Assembly (NCBI RefSeq): GCF_018977255.1
Contig: NW_024704742.1
Span: forward strand, 104,162,001-104,226,000
Origin: Callorhinchus milii
Lineage: Eukaryota
Reading direction: 5' to 3'
DNA: 64,000 nt
Shown here: piece by piece, positions 35,950-50,299 of the stretch
Layout of the letters: each line of letters begins with the position of its first letter
Numbering within the stretch: position 1 is the first letter of the stretch
Made by a program: the position numbers and the translations under genes
Notes under the pieces: generated by a model
What the model was told of the DNA's origin: nothing
Databases searched by the model: none
Seen by the model: only the letters and a program-made list of their open reading frames with translations

Positions 35950-37250
35950 CAGGGGTAACAGCTGAGTGGGAAGAATCCCTGCCTTAGGTTGGCTGGTCTG
36001 TCATCAGCAGTGCCCTGGAATACTGTAGCTCAGGAATTGGGCTACTGAATGTTAGCCTGTCTCAGCAAATTGGCTGCCTCATTTACTCATAACACAGTCA
36101 CTGTCCTTTACAGTATATCCTGTGAAGCTATTCTCTTGACACGAAAGGCGTGATACCAAATGTAAGGATTATTATTTTTTACTGAGAGGATTTACTTGAT
36201 TTTTCTGACATTCTGTAGCCAAATATGTCACTGGAACCAGTTCAGCTCCCAGGAGATCCTCCTTACCTCCCTTCCCCAAGAAGATAGTCCCTAGTTGATT
36301 ATTTGACATCTGACAAGCACAGGTTTAAGCCCTCACTACGTGGTTAGCGAGGACAGAAACCGGAACACCCTGCAAGCTTCCTAGTGGAAACCACAGCTCA
36401 GCATTAAATAACAACAACAAGAAAATTACATTTGTAAAGAGCCTTTCATGTCAGGAGGACGTCGGACAGACGGAGTTATGGACCCGAGCTGCAGTCGGGG
36501 TGGGGGACTGTGGAGGTCAAGGGGGGAAGCAAACAGATTGAAAGCATGATCGAAGACTCTTGAGACGGGTCTTGAAAGTGGCAAGGGAGGGGACAAGACG
36601 GAGGGATGGAGTTCCAGACGGTGGGGGCAAAGTGGCGGAAGGTCCGCCCGCCAATGGTGGGGCGAGTGAAGCAGGAGATGTGAAGCAGGCCGGAGCCCGC
36701 TGAGCGAAGGGAGTGAACAGGATGGTAGGAGGTTAGGAAGTCACAGACGTAGAGGGGGAGCAAGACGGTGGAGGGCTTTGAAGGTGAGGACCAGGATCTT
36801 GAACTGTATCCTCTGTGTGATGGGAAGCCAGTGGAGTCGGGCGAGGACGGGGGTGATAGGGCCGCGGAGCTTAGAGCGGGAGAGGGCAGGAGCTGCAGAG
36901 TTCTGGATGATCTGCAGCCTATGGAGGGAGGAGTTGGGAAGGCAGACAAGCAAGGAGTTTGCGTAGTCAAGCCTGGATGTAATGAAATTGTGTATGAGGG
37001 TTTCAGCAGCCTGCAGTGTGAGACAGAGGCGGAGCCGGACGATATTGCGGAGGTGGGGGAAGGCAGAGCGGGTCATGGCGCAGAAAGGATAGTTGAGGGT
37101 CAAACAAGACCCCAAGGTTCTGGACTGGCTTAGCAAGATGGAGTGTGCAACCATGGATGGTAAATAAATGAGAGCATTGCTACTATCATTCTGACCACAG
37201 CTCAAACACACATCCCTTCCCATTCAGTGATGGTTCCAATTGAAGGTGTG
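35950..37250. repeat. Unclassified old interspersed repeat, copy 4 (inverted; split by a SINE fragment and an L2)
   Basis: Reverse complement matches 1-430 on both sides of the L2, e.g. CTGTGCTTGTCAGA.GTCAAAT. Confidence 0.8.
36412..37160 (-). mobile_element. 5'-truncated L2 LINE inserted into an unclassified repeat
   Basis: SRLDYANSLL...RLHWLPITQRIQFKIL; TSD TAAATAA at 36405 and 37161. Confidence 0.95.
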
Positions 37251-37957
37251 GGGCTTGAGCAGCATCTTCTTAAATCTGTGTAATGATTAAAGTGGATTCC
37301 AAGCTCTGGATATAGGAATGTGTATTCACAAACCCGGACTCCCAGTAACACTTTCTAATAGCTGTGGTCCCAAGCCTGTGGTGGGAGGACCTTTATAGGA
37401 CAGCTTGCAACATGCCAGCCACCTGAATGTTCTCAAGGTCCAAGTCCACTGCCGTGTACCAGCTTCCTCAGCACCAGGTGCTCAATCCAAGTCCTCGTGT
37501 GAGGGATCTTGGCAAATAGACAGGCCTGTTCTGAAGCTGCCTCCGCCTCGATGGTGCTTAGCGACAAGTCAGCGTAGGTCTGAGCCCTCCCTCCCTGCAG
37601 CTGCTTCCTGTGTTTCCCACAAATCTACCTCAGTCCTCACCTCCTTGTCTAAACAGTTTTCCATTATGGTTCCGAGCTCCTGAGAATGCATTGGACGGAT
37701 GTTGACTAGCCAATTTTTAAAGTCCAGGAAAAGGTACTAATATACAAATTCTTTCTTGTTGTTACACTGACTAGGTTTATGCTACGTATTAATATTTTGT
37801 TCTGATTTAAATTATTGATCTAGTATTTTTAAGTGACATTTCACACAAAGTATATGTAGCAGGTTTTCACTGGGTTTGTTATTGCATATTGTCTATTGCT
37901 GTTTTACGACTCTCTATACTTCAATTGTTGCATGGTGTATTGTACCACTTGCTGGAT

Positions 37958-38425
37958 GTGGGGAGGTATTGAATGGGGTGCCCCAGGGGCTTATATTGGG
38001 ACCTTTCCTGTTCCCAGTGAACATTAATGACCCAGATTTATCAAATCAGTGCAAAGTAATTACATTTTCATATTACACTGAGCTAGCAGAAATCTGTAGA
38101 ATAAGAGGAGACAGCCACGATCATACAAATGGCCTGCCAAATGAGATTCACTAGCAAATGAAATTCAATGCAGATAAATGCAGGTCACTGCAAAAAGGAA
38201 GTAAAAATAGGAGACACATCCATTTCAAGGATAGGATACAACTTGTCGAGGAGGAAGTTAAAAGAAACCCTGGGGTGTTATCTTGCTTAATGCTCACCAC
38301 ATCCTAAGCAATGTGAAACAGCAATAAACAAGGCAAAACAAATGCTGAGATACATTGCCAATCAATTGAGTTCAGATTCTCAAAATGATTGCTGAAGCTG
38401 TACAGTGTTCTGGTTAGGTCATTGT
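37958..38425 (+). mobile_element. Decayed CR1-type LINE ORF2 fragment
   Basis: GVPQGLILGPFLFPVNIND followed by a QMKFNADKC-like motif typical of CR1 RT. Confidence 0.8.
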
Positions 38426-41400
38426 GTCATATCAGGACAGTGTTGCTGCAACAGAAAGGGAATCTGTAGGCAAAGGAGAAGAATGTTGTTGATCTTTATT
38501 ATCCTGGTCTGAATGAGTCAATTGCACAATGGGCAACAACAACAACTTGCATTTATATAGCGCCCTTCACTCAGGGTAGCATCTTGGATCGCTGGTGAAG
38601 GCAGCGATGTTACCACTCAGTCACTGGGGAAGCAGAATACAATGATTATCTCACAGGGTTATTGGATCTGCTTTGCTTGTGGGATAAATTCTGTTGTCAA
38701 CAATTGGAGCTGTGAATATGAGGTCAAACTTACTGTGATTAATAAAAGTAACAATCATTTTTGCCAAGTCTTTACAACTGGATTTCCTATTATAAAGATT
38801 TAATGGAAACTATCACAATTTTTTAGCAATGAGAATACGTTAGATCCTTGTGTATAGTCAAACTGGGCAATAAAACCCATAAGTGACAAACTTGGCCATT
38901 AATAGTAGTGGCGGCTGCTGTTCCATCTGCTGCTTTGTTTAGAGCAGAAAGGAAAGTGTTCATGTTTATTAGGGTGATTGATTGGATGCCTGGTACAGTG
39001 TTTATCTGTCTGGGACTTTAAAGCCTTGCCCGTGCAAAACTGTGCAGGTCAATAACCAAACAACTAAGAGCATCCACAAAGAAAATCAATATTACACAAG
39101 ACAGCATTTAAATATGTGAATAAATTAATTCAGAGCATTGAATGGAGGAGTCTTTCAGCACAAAGCTAAGCTCTCTTCACTGTGCGGTTCAAATATTCCA
39201 GCTTCCCCTTGATGCTATGAGATCAGGGATTCAAGCTTTCACCTCAGTTTACTGACATATTGTAATAACTGCAGTGTACTGCATATTTAGTACAGTTAAT
39301 TTGGAGCTTTCTGCTGTTTGTAGTTTGAAAGGGAAATGTGTTGAAAGCAAGAGTTGTATTGGTGCCTCGTTCAACAGATGGGTATCTCCAGCCTTATTGA
39401 TTTAACTGGCTGTTTCACAGCCGTGGCTTTTAACAATATAATGTGCCAATGACAGAAGCCATTCAATTCTCCTTCCATTACCTTGCTCTTTCTTTCATTG
39501 AGTTTCTGCTGGCTGCATGTGTGCAAAAAGCTCCTGAAATTCTAGCTTGCCTCTCAAGTTGAGAGACTTCAGGGACAATGCACTTTACAAGCCATGGCTG
39601 CCCGATTAGCATTTCTAGTGCTGATCGAGAATTTTAGTTATTTCTCACATTGTCTTGCCTTTGAGACCTTCCAGTGGTTAACGAAAAGAAACATACAGAG
39701 CAAGCCAATAGGACAAATACAACATTTATTGAACTTTAACTGCCTCATACAGGAATGTACATGAATACTGTTGTTGCTAGTTTTTTTTATATAGGATAAA
39801 GCCTTCCCCACCCTCTTTCCTTGGCCATGTCACATACAGTCTGCAATACAGTGGATGTGTGGATGACCAGGTCCCAGATTTTGTCAACGCTGATAAAAGA
39901 CAGGCACTGTAGTTAGGAAATGCTCATCCACCAGAACTCTACTTCTTATCAAAAGAAAAGATTCAGGATTATTAGATTTGAAGATCGATTGTATCGAAGG
40001 AATTTGTGAGAAATTGGATGGAAAGGTTAGACTGATGGTCTACTCCTGCCCCAAATTCTTATGAATGGGACAATAACTGCGATATTTCTGAACATATTCA
40101 ATGTGTTATGCATAGAGTTTGATAAATAACACCAATTTCCAGTTGATAACTGTAGATTGACTGTGGATATGTTTCTCCTCCCTGCACCACCTGAATTCAG
40201 CACAGTGGTTGTATTTAAATTCTGGTCCAAACACTCGTCACTGCTGTTGCTGAAGCCACGAGTGGCCTTCACTGTTGTTGCTGCCCACGAAGCTTGGCAT
40301 TTCAGTGCCAGTTCACAGAACGTCCGCTTAACACAATCAGAAGCTAAGGCTTATGTTACCCAATACTAACATTCACTGTATTTATTGTTGCTCATAACCT
40401 GCTCAGCAAAATCGAAGGTGACTGATTATGCTTGATCTTAGGTCCCTCAATGGGCTAGCATTAAAGACACTGAAAAATTGTACCGGAGCATTCATCTTCC
40501 TGCACTATGGACAATTTCCAGACAGCTAGCCTGATCCTTGAGTAGAGTTACAAGATTATAGAGGGTAGTGCAGTGGAGTTCATTTGTGCTGTGCTTTGCT
40601 GTAGGAGACAATGATAGGACATGGTTTTCAACTCGTGTTTCACCATCTCTGCTAGAGACTGTCAAGAGCCCGGAAACCAGGTTCTTTCCCACAAAGCAGA
40701 ACGTCAGGTCAGCAGCCGGATCATTCTAATCCATTCTCTCCACATACCAGAGGCCAGTTTAAGGCCGTTGTGTTTATCCTGGGATCAGATTAGCTGTCTG
40801 CTGTTTTAGTGGCCCACTGTTCAGGGAGACCAACGCTGGGAAGTGCAAGTGTAATAGGAAATGGTAGAAATCAATAATTATAAAATGTAAGAGCACTATT
40901 TATTTTTGCTTGCAGGCTCCTCAGTAACCAATAGATAGCTCGTGTCAGGCTCTCAGCACAGCACCTGTCATCCCCTTGGTTACTGCTGAGCAGTTGCATT
41001 GTTGCTGGTCACTGGGTAGCTTCTCTTGAGTAACTATAACAATTACTCAGTCCTGGACCTGCCCCAGTGGGATTGCATTGTCCCTTTGGAAAGGAGAATC
41101 CTTTCTGAATATAGATCAGAATAGACAGGAGATTACTGTGTAACAAAACCTGCAGCACATTATCATCACAAGAGAAGGCCTTGATGTTCCTGTTTGTCCT
41201 CAACGTCTTTCTGGCCTGCTCTAAACTTGGTAGTTCACAGAGACTTTTTTTAAAACAAATGGTGAAGGGTTGAGGCAGGACAGCACCAAGGTTGAAAACA
41301 TTAGGAGAGAGGACAAGAGATATGCAAGAGACTACAGCTATGAGACTGAGAAGAAAGGGTGAAAGGAAAGAAAGAGGCTCTAGCGTTCAGTTGTTGGAAT

Positions 41401-44400
41401 CAGCAGTATGTATAAGAGGTAATGGCTGTGCTACTCCAGGCAATCTGAAATCTATCATCTATTGCAGCGAGATACAAAATGTGAGCCATTTTGCGAGAAG
41501 GAACTTGGTATCCGTGGAATCATACCCCAGAATTTAGGGGAAAAAGATTCAAACGCCTTCAGGAAAGGAGGAGTGAGGAAAACTTAAGTGAAAACAAATG
41601 TGGAAAAAGAAGGTGTAGGTATTCAGAGCTACCACAGAGGCAGTGCTCCTTTTAATACTCAGCAAGTACAAAAGGCAGATGCCCAGGTCCATGGCAACGA
41701 TACGGTATATTTCAGATCCCAGTGTGTCTCCGAGAATTATCAGAAAGTGTTTTGCAATTTGCTTTCCCGAGAGTGAAAGGGAATGGGAATTCGAGAGGGT
41801 GAACTTTCTATTCAATGACCTGTCCTTAGTAATAGAAGAAGAAAAAATATGTTTGGAGTTTATTTTTAGCTGAGGTGAGGAATCCCTGGGCAGCCTGGTT
41901 GGCTCGGGTGATCTATGTTCCAGGGAGCAGTCAGGCATATATCTGAGCGAGAGGCATCATTTGGTTCACCGGCTTGGATCAGGGCAGGAGCTGATGTACA
42001 GCTGTCCGACTCTGGGAAACCCATCACAAGGAAAATACAGCAATGCTCAGCAGATTTAGCTCTTGCCAGGGTGTGTGCTCATTCGGGGGGGATCAGTTAC
42101 CAAGCACCAACACTTTCTTTAAGTTAAACAGAGCCACTCTGGGATACATCCAGTTCCTTTTCAGGACACTTTGAGATGCTTGCAGTATCCTGATAGCTGA
42201 AGAGGCGGTCCCTGGGTCCTCACTACACGTACAATAATTGTAATACTTTTTTTTACTAATGTCTATGGGAGTTTTTTGAATAGAAACTACTCACCCACCT
42301 GCTTGTGAACTCTCTCAAAGATCGAGTAGGCAAATACATATGTCACTGCCCAATCAGTTATAAATAGCAGTAGATTGTTCTGTGCTGAATTCTCTTATCC
42401 TAAAGGGCAGAAATTTGGAAGCTACAACTTAATTCCTGTAAACCATTCCTGCTCCTCATAGCTATCCAGTGAAACCTACAGGAAAAGGTTTGGATGTCTG
42501 GTGAAAAGAGGAATTTCCCTGATGGTCGAGCAGCCTCTCCATGCAATGGCTAGGCTCACGCATCAACATGATGCCATTTCATCGGCGCCTCCCATCACTC
42601 CCAATTCTGCCAGTCATCCTCCCACCCCACTCTGTCAGCCTTTCTACCCCTCTCTGGAACTCCATCTCTTTTCCTTGCCCCTTCCCTCGTCTCCTTCAAA
42701 GTCCGTCTCACAGATCTTCCTCTTTGACCCTATCTTCAGTCATCTTCACCCCCTGCATCACAGTCACCCCCCTCTTCTTGTCTCCCCACCCCCCGGTCCC
42801 ATCCTCTCCCTTCCCGAACCCAACCTCCAGCTCGGGTGTAAACCCTTGGCTGGTTAGTGCTTTGGAGTGTACTCCCGACGTGACAGGTTCCAATATAAAT
42901 GCAATTTCTTGTTGTCAATTGCCTCCCCTCCACTGTGTCTGTTCCTCCCACTCAATCCATTAGCCCCACTCCTCGCTGTGCCCTAATATCAAGTTGTCTA
43001 ACAGTAACAGACTATATCCCAGTATCAAAGTGTGAAACACAGAAAAACAACCTGAAGCACTTCATTATCTGATAACAAAATGAATAAAAATCTGCGCTCA
43101 AAGCAAGTTCACAACCTCAGAGCTTTTTTAAAAAAACTGCCATTGCCCTTCATCTGTGGGAAACCAGGAACTGCATCTATCTGAGGCTCATTCAATTCAC
43201 ATTTCACACTATGTCCTGTTGTCTCCCCGCCCCCTCCCTCAGCCCAGGAGGCAGACAGGCTTCATTAAGCGAGCATTAGGCGAATGGGACTAGCTGGAGG
43301 CGTGGTAAAGTGCTCTGGTGCACCTGCTCTCAGAACACTCCAGAGCGAGAGCAGTCTCTCTCTCTCTCCCTTCGCCTTCCCAGATCCTCAGCAAACACAT
43401 TCCTCTCTCCCCAGGCTTTGTGCTTAGTCGCTGATGCTGCAGTGTCAAGTGAGGCTGATTGTAAAATCAGATTGGTTCTCACAGGTCGCTTGCGAAGCCT
43501 TTTTATTTGCACAATTAGACGAGTCAGCAGGATTCTAACATGTTGTTGGCTGCCAGACCAGAGAGTGATGGGTACCCAGCCACAAGCTGTAGCAGAAGTA
43601 CTTACTGGGCAAGGGAAATGAGTTTGAGAGATACGAGGCCTGTTTTCATCCATCCTGGGAGAAGGGTGTGTTGTAATTATGTAGAACTCTGCTACAGATA
43701 GAGCTCCCTAGTGTGTTTCACATTACTTTTTAAGACTCCTTCTGGCATACCACCAGCTTTCCCCACTCCAACACTTCTGCCTCTTTGCTTCCAGCCAGTC
43801 ACCAATTTTTGCTAGAAATTGTCAACAAGATATTTTTCCCCCCTCCTTAGTCTGGGGGAAATGAAGCTAATTTTAATGCTCCCACAGTTGCCCTGGTTGA
43901 GATCAGTGAATTTATTAAAAAAGGAAGAAGTTAAATTTGTACATCCTGTATACACCAAACTCTCAAAGTGCTCCATTGTAGTGACGGATTGTAATTTAGC
44001 ATGAAAACACAGCATCCATTCTGCACACAGCGACGTGCCACAAGCAGTCATGAGGTGAATAATAATAATAATCCTTGCATTTGATACAGTGCCTTATTAC
44101 GTCGTTGAGACGCCTCAAAGCGCTTCACAGAATATACTGTAAAGTGAATTGATGGTATAGATTTTGTGGACGAAATGGGTGAATGGCCCATTAACTGTGG
44201 GATCGATCCTTTCAGTTTAGGGATGGTCGATACAAATCAGCCAGTGTACTGAGCCAGTGAGGAATCTTTTTTTAAAACAAATTTTGCTAATATGTTTACT
44301 CATGAAGCCAATTTTTTTAAAGTAAAAAGGCGATTTGTTATTGCTTTATATCTTTAAAAGGAATAGAATGGATTTAACTGCAAATGGTGCAATTTTGCTG

Positions 44401-44887
44401 ACAGCTGTAATTTCTAAAGTGCTCTCTGAAAGCAATTTCCTGCACAAACTGTGCAATAACTGCAGAGATACAGTGGCACTAGTCACACATCAGCAGGATT
44501 GTAGGGGTATAATGAGAGATTAGTGACATAGGCATTTCAAAGTTTAGAATAATCCCATTTGAATCTAATGATTAAAAGGGTGTTTAGCAGTATACCTACA
44601 AGGTAATGTCTGCATGGCAGGCTTTTTGCTGAATTAAAATTCTGGCATTAAATGAAGCATAAAGATACAAAGTATTTCATGACTTCTCAGAAGGGTGCAT
44701 TAACTACACATTTGCTGTTATCTTTTAGTGGTATTATCTTTTCAGACATCTTGAAGGTTTGAAGCAGGCCAGGATTTTGATTTAGATCACTGCAAATAAC
44801 AATCAAGGGCTTTTCAAATAGGTGTGCAGATAATAAAAGATGAAAGGGAAGCATTGGTCCATTGGAAAAAGTGAGAGGCTGGAATTA

Positions 44888-45305
44888 GGTGTCAGTCTGG
44901 CTCAGTTGGTAGCATTCTCACCCATAAATTAGAAGATTGTGGGTTCAAGCCCCACATCAGGACTTGGAACCATGACAGGAGAATGCTTTATTGTCGGAGG
45001 TGCTGTCCTTCAGAATGAGACATTAAACTGAGATCCCATCTGCCTGTTCAGATGGACGATAAAGATGGTGCTGTTCAAAAAGAGATGGAGGTTTCTCCTG
45101 GTGTCCTTGCCAACAATCCCCCAGATAGAATTGGTAATTTGCCTCATGGCTATTTGTGAGACATTGCTTTGCATAAATTGCCTGCCTTGTTTGCCCACAA
45201 AATACACACAGTCACACCATTTACATTATATCTTGTGAAGTGCTTTGAGACATCTCAATAATGTGATTAGGTGCTATATCAAGTGCAAGGATTTTATGAT
45301 TATTT
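44888..45305 (+). mobile_element. tRNA-derived DeuSINE-like element (family B)
   Basis: Head GGTGTCAGTCTGGCTCAGTTGGTAGC...GGTTCAAGCCC. Central TGTCGGAGGTGCTGTCCTTCAGAATGAGACATTAAAC...CCTGGTGTCCT resembles the recalled Deu domain of AmnSINE1/SacSINE1. L2-type tail. Confidence 0.85.
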
Positions 45306-45719
45306 GAAGACACAGAAATTGCAATTAATAAACAGTTACTTCACATTCATGTTTACTGAGGTAAAAGGAGAGAGCTGCCTGAGTCAGAGATCCTATTTTC
45401 AGGAATGGAAGAAGAGAAATTTGACTGATGAGGTTCTATAAAAAGACACCAAAATGATCGAAGCTTTACCCTTTTTTTGAAAATTCATTAAATTCAGGAG
45501 AGACAGAGGATTAGAAAGATATAACTTTCTAATTTTAAGGGTCAAGAAAAATTCCTGTAACTGCAACAATCTTCTAAATGATTTTAAGATTGAATAGATG
45601 AGCACTTGTAAAAGTGTATGTTAAGTGGCAGTCAATGTGGATTGCAGGTTCCTGTGGAGTAGGATCCTCTTGACATAGTTGGTGTTTTTCTTGTACCTCA
45701 TAGAGTGCCTCAGAGGTCA

Positions 45720-46396
45720 GAGCCAGGAACATACATATTTGCATTGAACATGCAAAATTTGGAAGTGGAGAAAAAAAGTAAGTTACCTAAGTTTGTCAAA
45801 GTGAGGTAATTGCAATAGCAGGGAACAGGCTGACCAAATAGCTTGGCTGACAAATACTGTAGCAAATAGCATCTGTGTGGACGAATGCACAATGATAAGA
45901 TTGAGGAGGCAGAATAAACAGAGGAAATATAAAGTAAACAATGTTCGTTTGCAGGAGAAGGATTGGGGTACCAGTGGATATGCTGCTGAAACTATCAGCT
46001 CATCTTGGGGCAGCAGTTAAGAAAGTGAATGCAATCTTAAGATTTGTAGCTAAACAATGGAGCATAATTTTCAAGAAGTGATATTGTAGTACAAGAAATT
46101 GCACAGAGCACTGATCTTACTTCACCTGAGCACTGGGTACAATTTTGGCTGCTGTATTATCTTGTCATTGGATGCATTACAATGAAGGGCAATTAGCTTG
46201 AAAGTTGGAAATAAGAACCTGGGTTATGAGGAGAGATTTCATAAACTGGGAATGCACCTTCACACAAAATAAGCAAAGACTCCAAAGAGAACTTAATTGA
46301 AATATTCTAGATTCTATAGGATGACAATAAATGGAACTTTAATAGTTTGCTTAACATGGCCAAAAATAATCTAGACAAGGGTATATGGACTCAAAG
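45720..46396 (+). mobile_element. Decayed CR1-type LINE ORF2 3' part
   Basis: Remnants of EKDLGV, ALVRPHLEY and YEERL-like motifs. Confidence 0.65.
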
Positions 46397-48942
46397 GAAC
46401 AACAACGCTGGTTAGAGTCCCGGAGCGCTTGACAGTGGCAGAGTCTGACCCCGAGCCAGGGGGAGAGGGAGTGGGGAGGTAACCATAAGCATGATCAAAA
46501 ATGAAGGTCTTTAGTTGGGATTTGAAAGTGGGGAGGAAGGGGGCAAAGAAAGATTAGCAGGCAGATCAGAATTATTTTATGTTCCGATTATATGTTAAAT
46601 AAATGTTATAAAAATAATATCCTCCTCCTAGGGAGCAGTGGAGAAACTCAAAAAAGTACTCGTTGGAAATAACCCTTAAATGTAACTTATCGCATGATCT
46701 CTGCAATTGAATTGTATAAAATAGAAGATTTTCCAGAGATTAATTTATTTTGTGGTTAATGGATTTCCTTTGTAAGGTATTGCTGCTTTTGCTGTTTTGT
46801 TATCTCACTTTCTTGTCTTTATTATGTGGCTAATTTACTTTTTCGGAAATGTGTTGCGGGATATTCTGCATGAGGTTAGGTTAAACTAACTTTGGAGTAG
46901 CAGTCACATATTTGAGTAATAGCCATCAGTTCTCACCCTGAGAAATTCTAGTGTAACCAGTCTTCAAATTGTGTGCAATTAATAATAATAATAATCCTTG
47001 CATTTGATAAAGCGACTTACCAAGTCTTCGAGGCATCTCAATGCGCTTCACACAAAATACTGTAAAGTGAACAGACTGTATCTTTTTGTGGATAAAACAC
47101 AGTGCACAGCAGTATCCCACAAACAGTCATGGATGCCCAAATTATTATTATTATTTTTGGAAGGGACTATCACCCCTAGAAAAATTCAACCTGGTTTAAT
47201 AAGACCCTTTTGAGATGATCCTTGAGTTGCATGAAGTGAAGGAGAAAGTGTGATCACAACAGTAACTTGTCTCCTTTGTATCCAGGCCCTGCTGTTCCAA
47301 TTGGATTTCGTAAATGGTATCAAGGACTTTTAAATGGTTATTATTAGGCTGGATAATGAAATAAAAATTACTGTTTCAGAAAAGAGAATGGGTCTTTTGG
47401 TTTAAAAAACATTGTCTCGTCTTTCATTCCAAGCTGACTTGATTGAGCAGAAATAAAGGGCTCCCAGAATAAGGGGAATTTTTTTATATTTGAAGATCAG
47501 GTATTATTCTAGAGATGATTTTATAAAAGTTAATAAACTTCTAACTGCCTGAATTCACACTGTTTACTGCACACCAATCTTGGTCCTGTTAGAGAATCTT
47601 ATTTTTGAAAACAAGTCAGAGCCAGACAATTTGCTTTAAAAGGATACATATTTGAAGATGGAGGATTGATTTCTTTTTAGCAAGTTCAAGGAAAATGTTA
47701 GGGCTGTAAAGAAGACCTGGAGCTTTAAAAGCTTTGATTGCTGTAGTTCAAAAGGTACAAATGTTAACTTCAAAGCTCTGTTTCAGCCTTTTCTCATTCC
47801 CCAGGCCTTGCCCTGACTTCTTCCAACTATATTCTTTTCTCCCCATCTTCCAGCTGTCGTTCCGGTTCCACTAGCCAGCACGTTTATCAGTCAATTAAAT
47901 CTTCATCCCATTGTGTCCTGTGGAGTATTCAATGCTTTAATGTTAACAGAACAGGACTTTATTTCAGTCCTGAAAACGTAGGCCACCAACTCAGCCATTC
48001 TGCCTGGCCAATGTCAGAAGGTTGTAGATTCGAGCCTGACAATGGGACGTTGAACATATAGTGTTGGTTGAAAGTTCTATGCAGTGCTGGGGAGTGATTA
48101 GAGGTGCAGTCCCTTGAATGTTAAACCGAGGTCCGGTCCGCTTGTTCAACTGGACGTTAGAGATCCTATGGAACTACTCAAAAAGAGAGGGAGTTTCTCC
48201 TGGTGTCCTGGTCAACAATCCTCCAAACACAATTGGCAGTTCTCTTCATGGCTGCTTGTCGACATTAATATGTGCAAATTGGCTGCTGTGTTTGTCAATA
48301 AAATAAACAATCACTAAACTTTACAGTAAAATCCTATGAAGAGCCTTTGTGACATCTCAATAAGATGATAAGGTGCTATATAAAATGTAAAGATTATTAA
48401 TAGACACAGCTCACAAAGTGCAGGCCTGAAAATCATTTGGATCATTGTGTCATCCAAATCATCATTAAGTTACCAGTGGCAGTTAAAGCAGTTAAACCTA
48501 TTCAGAATTAAAGAGCTTGGGGAGAAAATAAAATTGGCACCAAGTACTTGATGAACTTGGAAGAGTGTGCTTCATTTGTGTTATATGAAGTTGGAACTAA
48601 GGTAATTCAAATTAATTTCATACTCTGGTAATACTGGACACAAGCCAAATTACAGGCTATGTGAGACAAAGAGCTTTCTGAGATGCAATGATGCATGTAA
48701 TTCTTAAATGGATTTGTAAACGCCTAAAAACCAAGCCACCATGAGAGGGAAATCCTTTGCAGGAATTCTATAGTCTCACCTGCAAACTGGAGAACCTTTC
48801 ACAAGACAGAGGCATAGATTATGTGCTGTATATGTAAGCAGGTGATCTGTATTAGACTATGAGCATTTAACCAGAGAGGTTAAAAACTAAGTAAGAATAG
48901 AGATTAGAATTTTTGCCTCTACAACTTAGTAGTGGATATAAA

Positions 48943-49316
48943 AATAATCCTTGCATTTGATATAGTGCCTTATCACGTCTTTGAGACGTTTCAAAGTGCT
49001 TCACAAAATATAATGTAAAATGAATTGACTATATTTTGTGGGCGAAACACAGCAGCCAATTGTGTACAGCAGTGTCCCACAAACAATTGTGGATTGAAGT
49101 GACCAAATTATTCTTCTTATTATTTATTTTTTGAAGGATTTATTACCCCTGGATAAGCAATCTGCCAATCGACTGACAACCAGGTAGCTACTTACTGTTA
49201 GGTAAAGAGAAATGTGTGGAATAATATACTTGCCCAACATTTCGCCCTGCTGGGAATCAAACCCAGGTTTCTCGCTTACAAGCGAGTGTTCTAACCACTG
49301 AGCTACAGGTCTCCAC
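48943..49316 (-). mobile_element. Full-length SINE family A, older long form
   Basis: Same tRNA head and tail plus an extra internal segment of about 60 bp. Confidence 0.9.
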
Positions 49317-49857
49317 GTGACGAACAATCTTCCAATCAAAAAGTGTTTGCGATGTGTTAAATTAGTTGGATGAGTTTGAGAGCAGGATTGGAGGTTATAG
49401 GAAATGAGAAAATACACCTTGGGACCACAATAGTGAAAACTGACACACCATTGCCATACTAGTAGAGACGAGTTCTGCATTGTTAGAGGTACTGTCCTTC
49501 GAATGGTACATTAAACCAAAATCCTGTCTGTCTGATCATTAGGTAAATGAAAATTGGCTGCTGTGTTGTCTTACAAAACAGTCACTACACTTGACAGTAA
49601 TTATTGGGAAGTGTTTTAAGACATTTTGATATAAGACTCAATAAAAATATAAGTTCTTTCTTTCATATTTTCTGTGTGGAGAATTGGTGTCCAGGAATAT
49701 GCTCATTAATTAAAAGGAACATTTTACACGATTAAAACAGGTGTGGATAAGAGGATCCTTCAGCACGTTTCATCTTGTCCTTCCCCAATACCAAGACCAG
49801 TGTTCTGCCCACAATCACCCTTCCTGCTAACCCACTCCATCCTGTTGATTATCCATA

Positions 49858-50292
49858 ACAACAGCAGCAAATTAAATTTCACATTTGTATTTCATGTTGG
49901 GAGGACAGTCAGGAATTTAGACCTGAGCTGGGGTTGGGATCAGAAAGGGTGGAGGCTAAGGAGGGTAGGGGTAGGAGGGTGACCGCAGAAAAGGAGGGTC
50001 TTGAGATGGGCCTTGAAGGAGACAAGGGAGTGGGTAAGGTGAAGGGATTGTAGGATGAAGTTCCAAAGGATGGGGAGAGAAAGGCTGAAGGCTCAATCGC
50101 CAATGGTGGGGCGGGCTGGGTGGGGGATGTGGAGCCCGCTAAGCGGAGGGAGCGGTCAGGTCTATATGGAATTAGCAGGTCATAGATTAGAAAGGAGCAA
50201 GGCCGTGCAGGACTTTGACGGCAAGGACGCGGATTTAGAACTGTATCCTCTGGGGGATGGGGAGCCTGTAAAGCCAGGCGAGGATGGGGGAT
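49858..50292 (-). mobile_element. Older L2 3' fragment
   Basis: Diverged match to the L2 3' region. Similar older fragments lie near 24010-24230(+), 25168-25500(-), 25835-26140(-), 30100-30330(+), 42590-42915(+), 46397-46545(-) and 57520-57692(+). Confidence 0.8.
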
Positions 50293-50299
50293 GGTGTGC

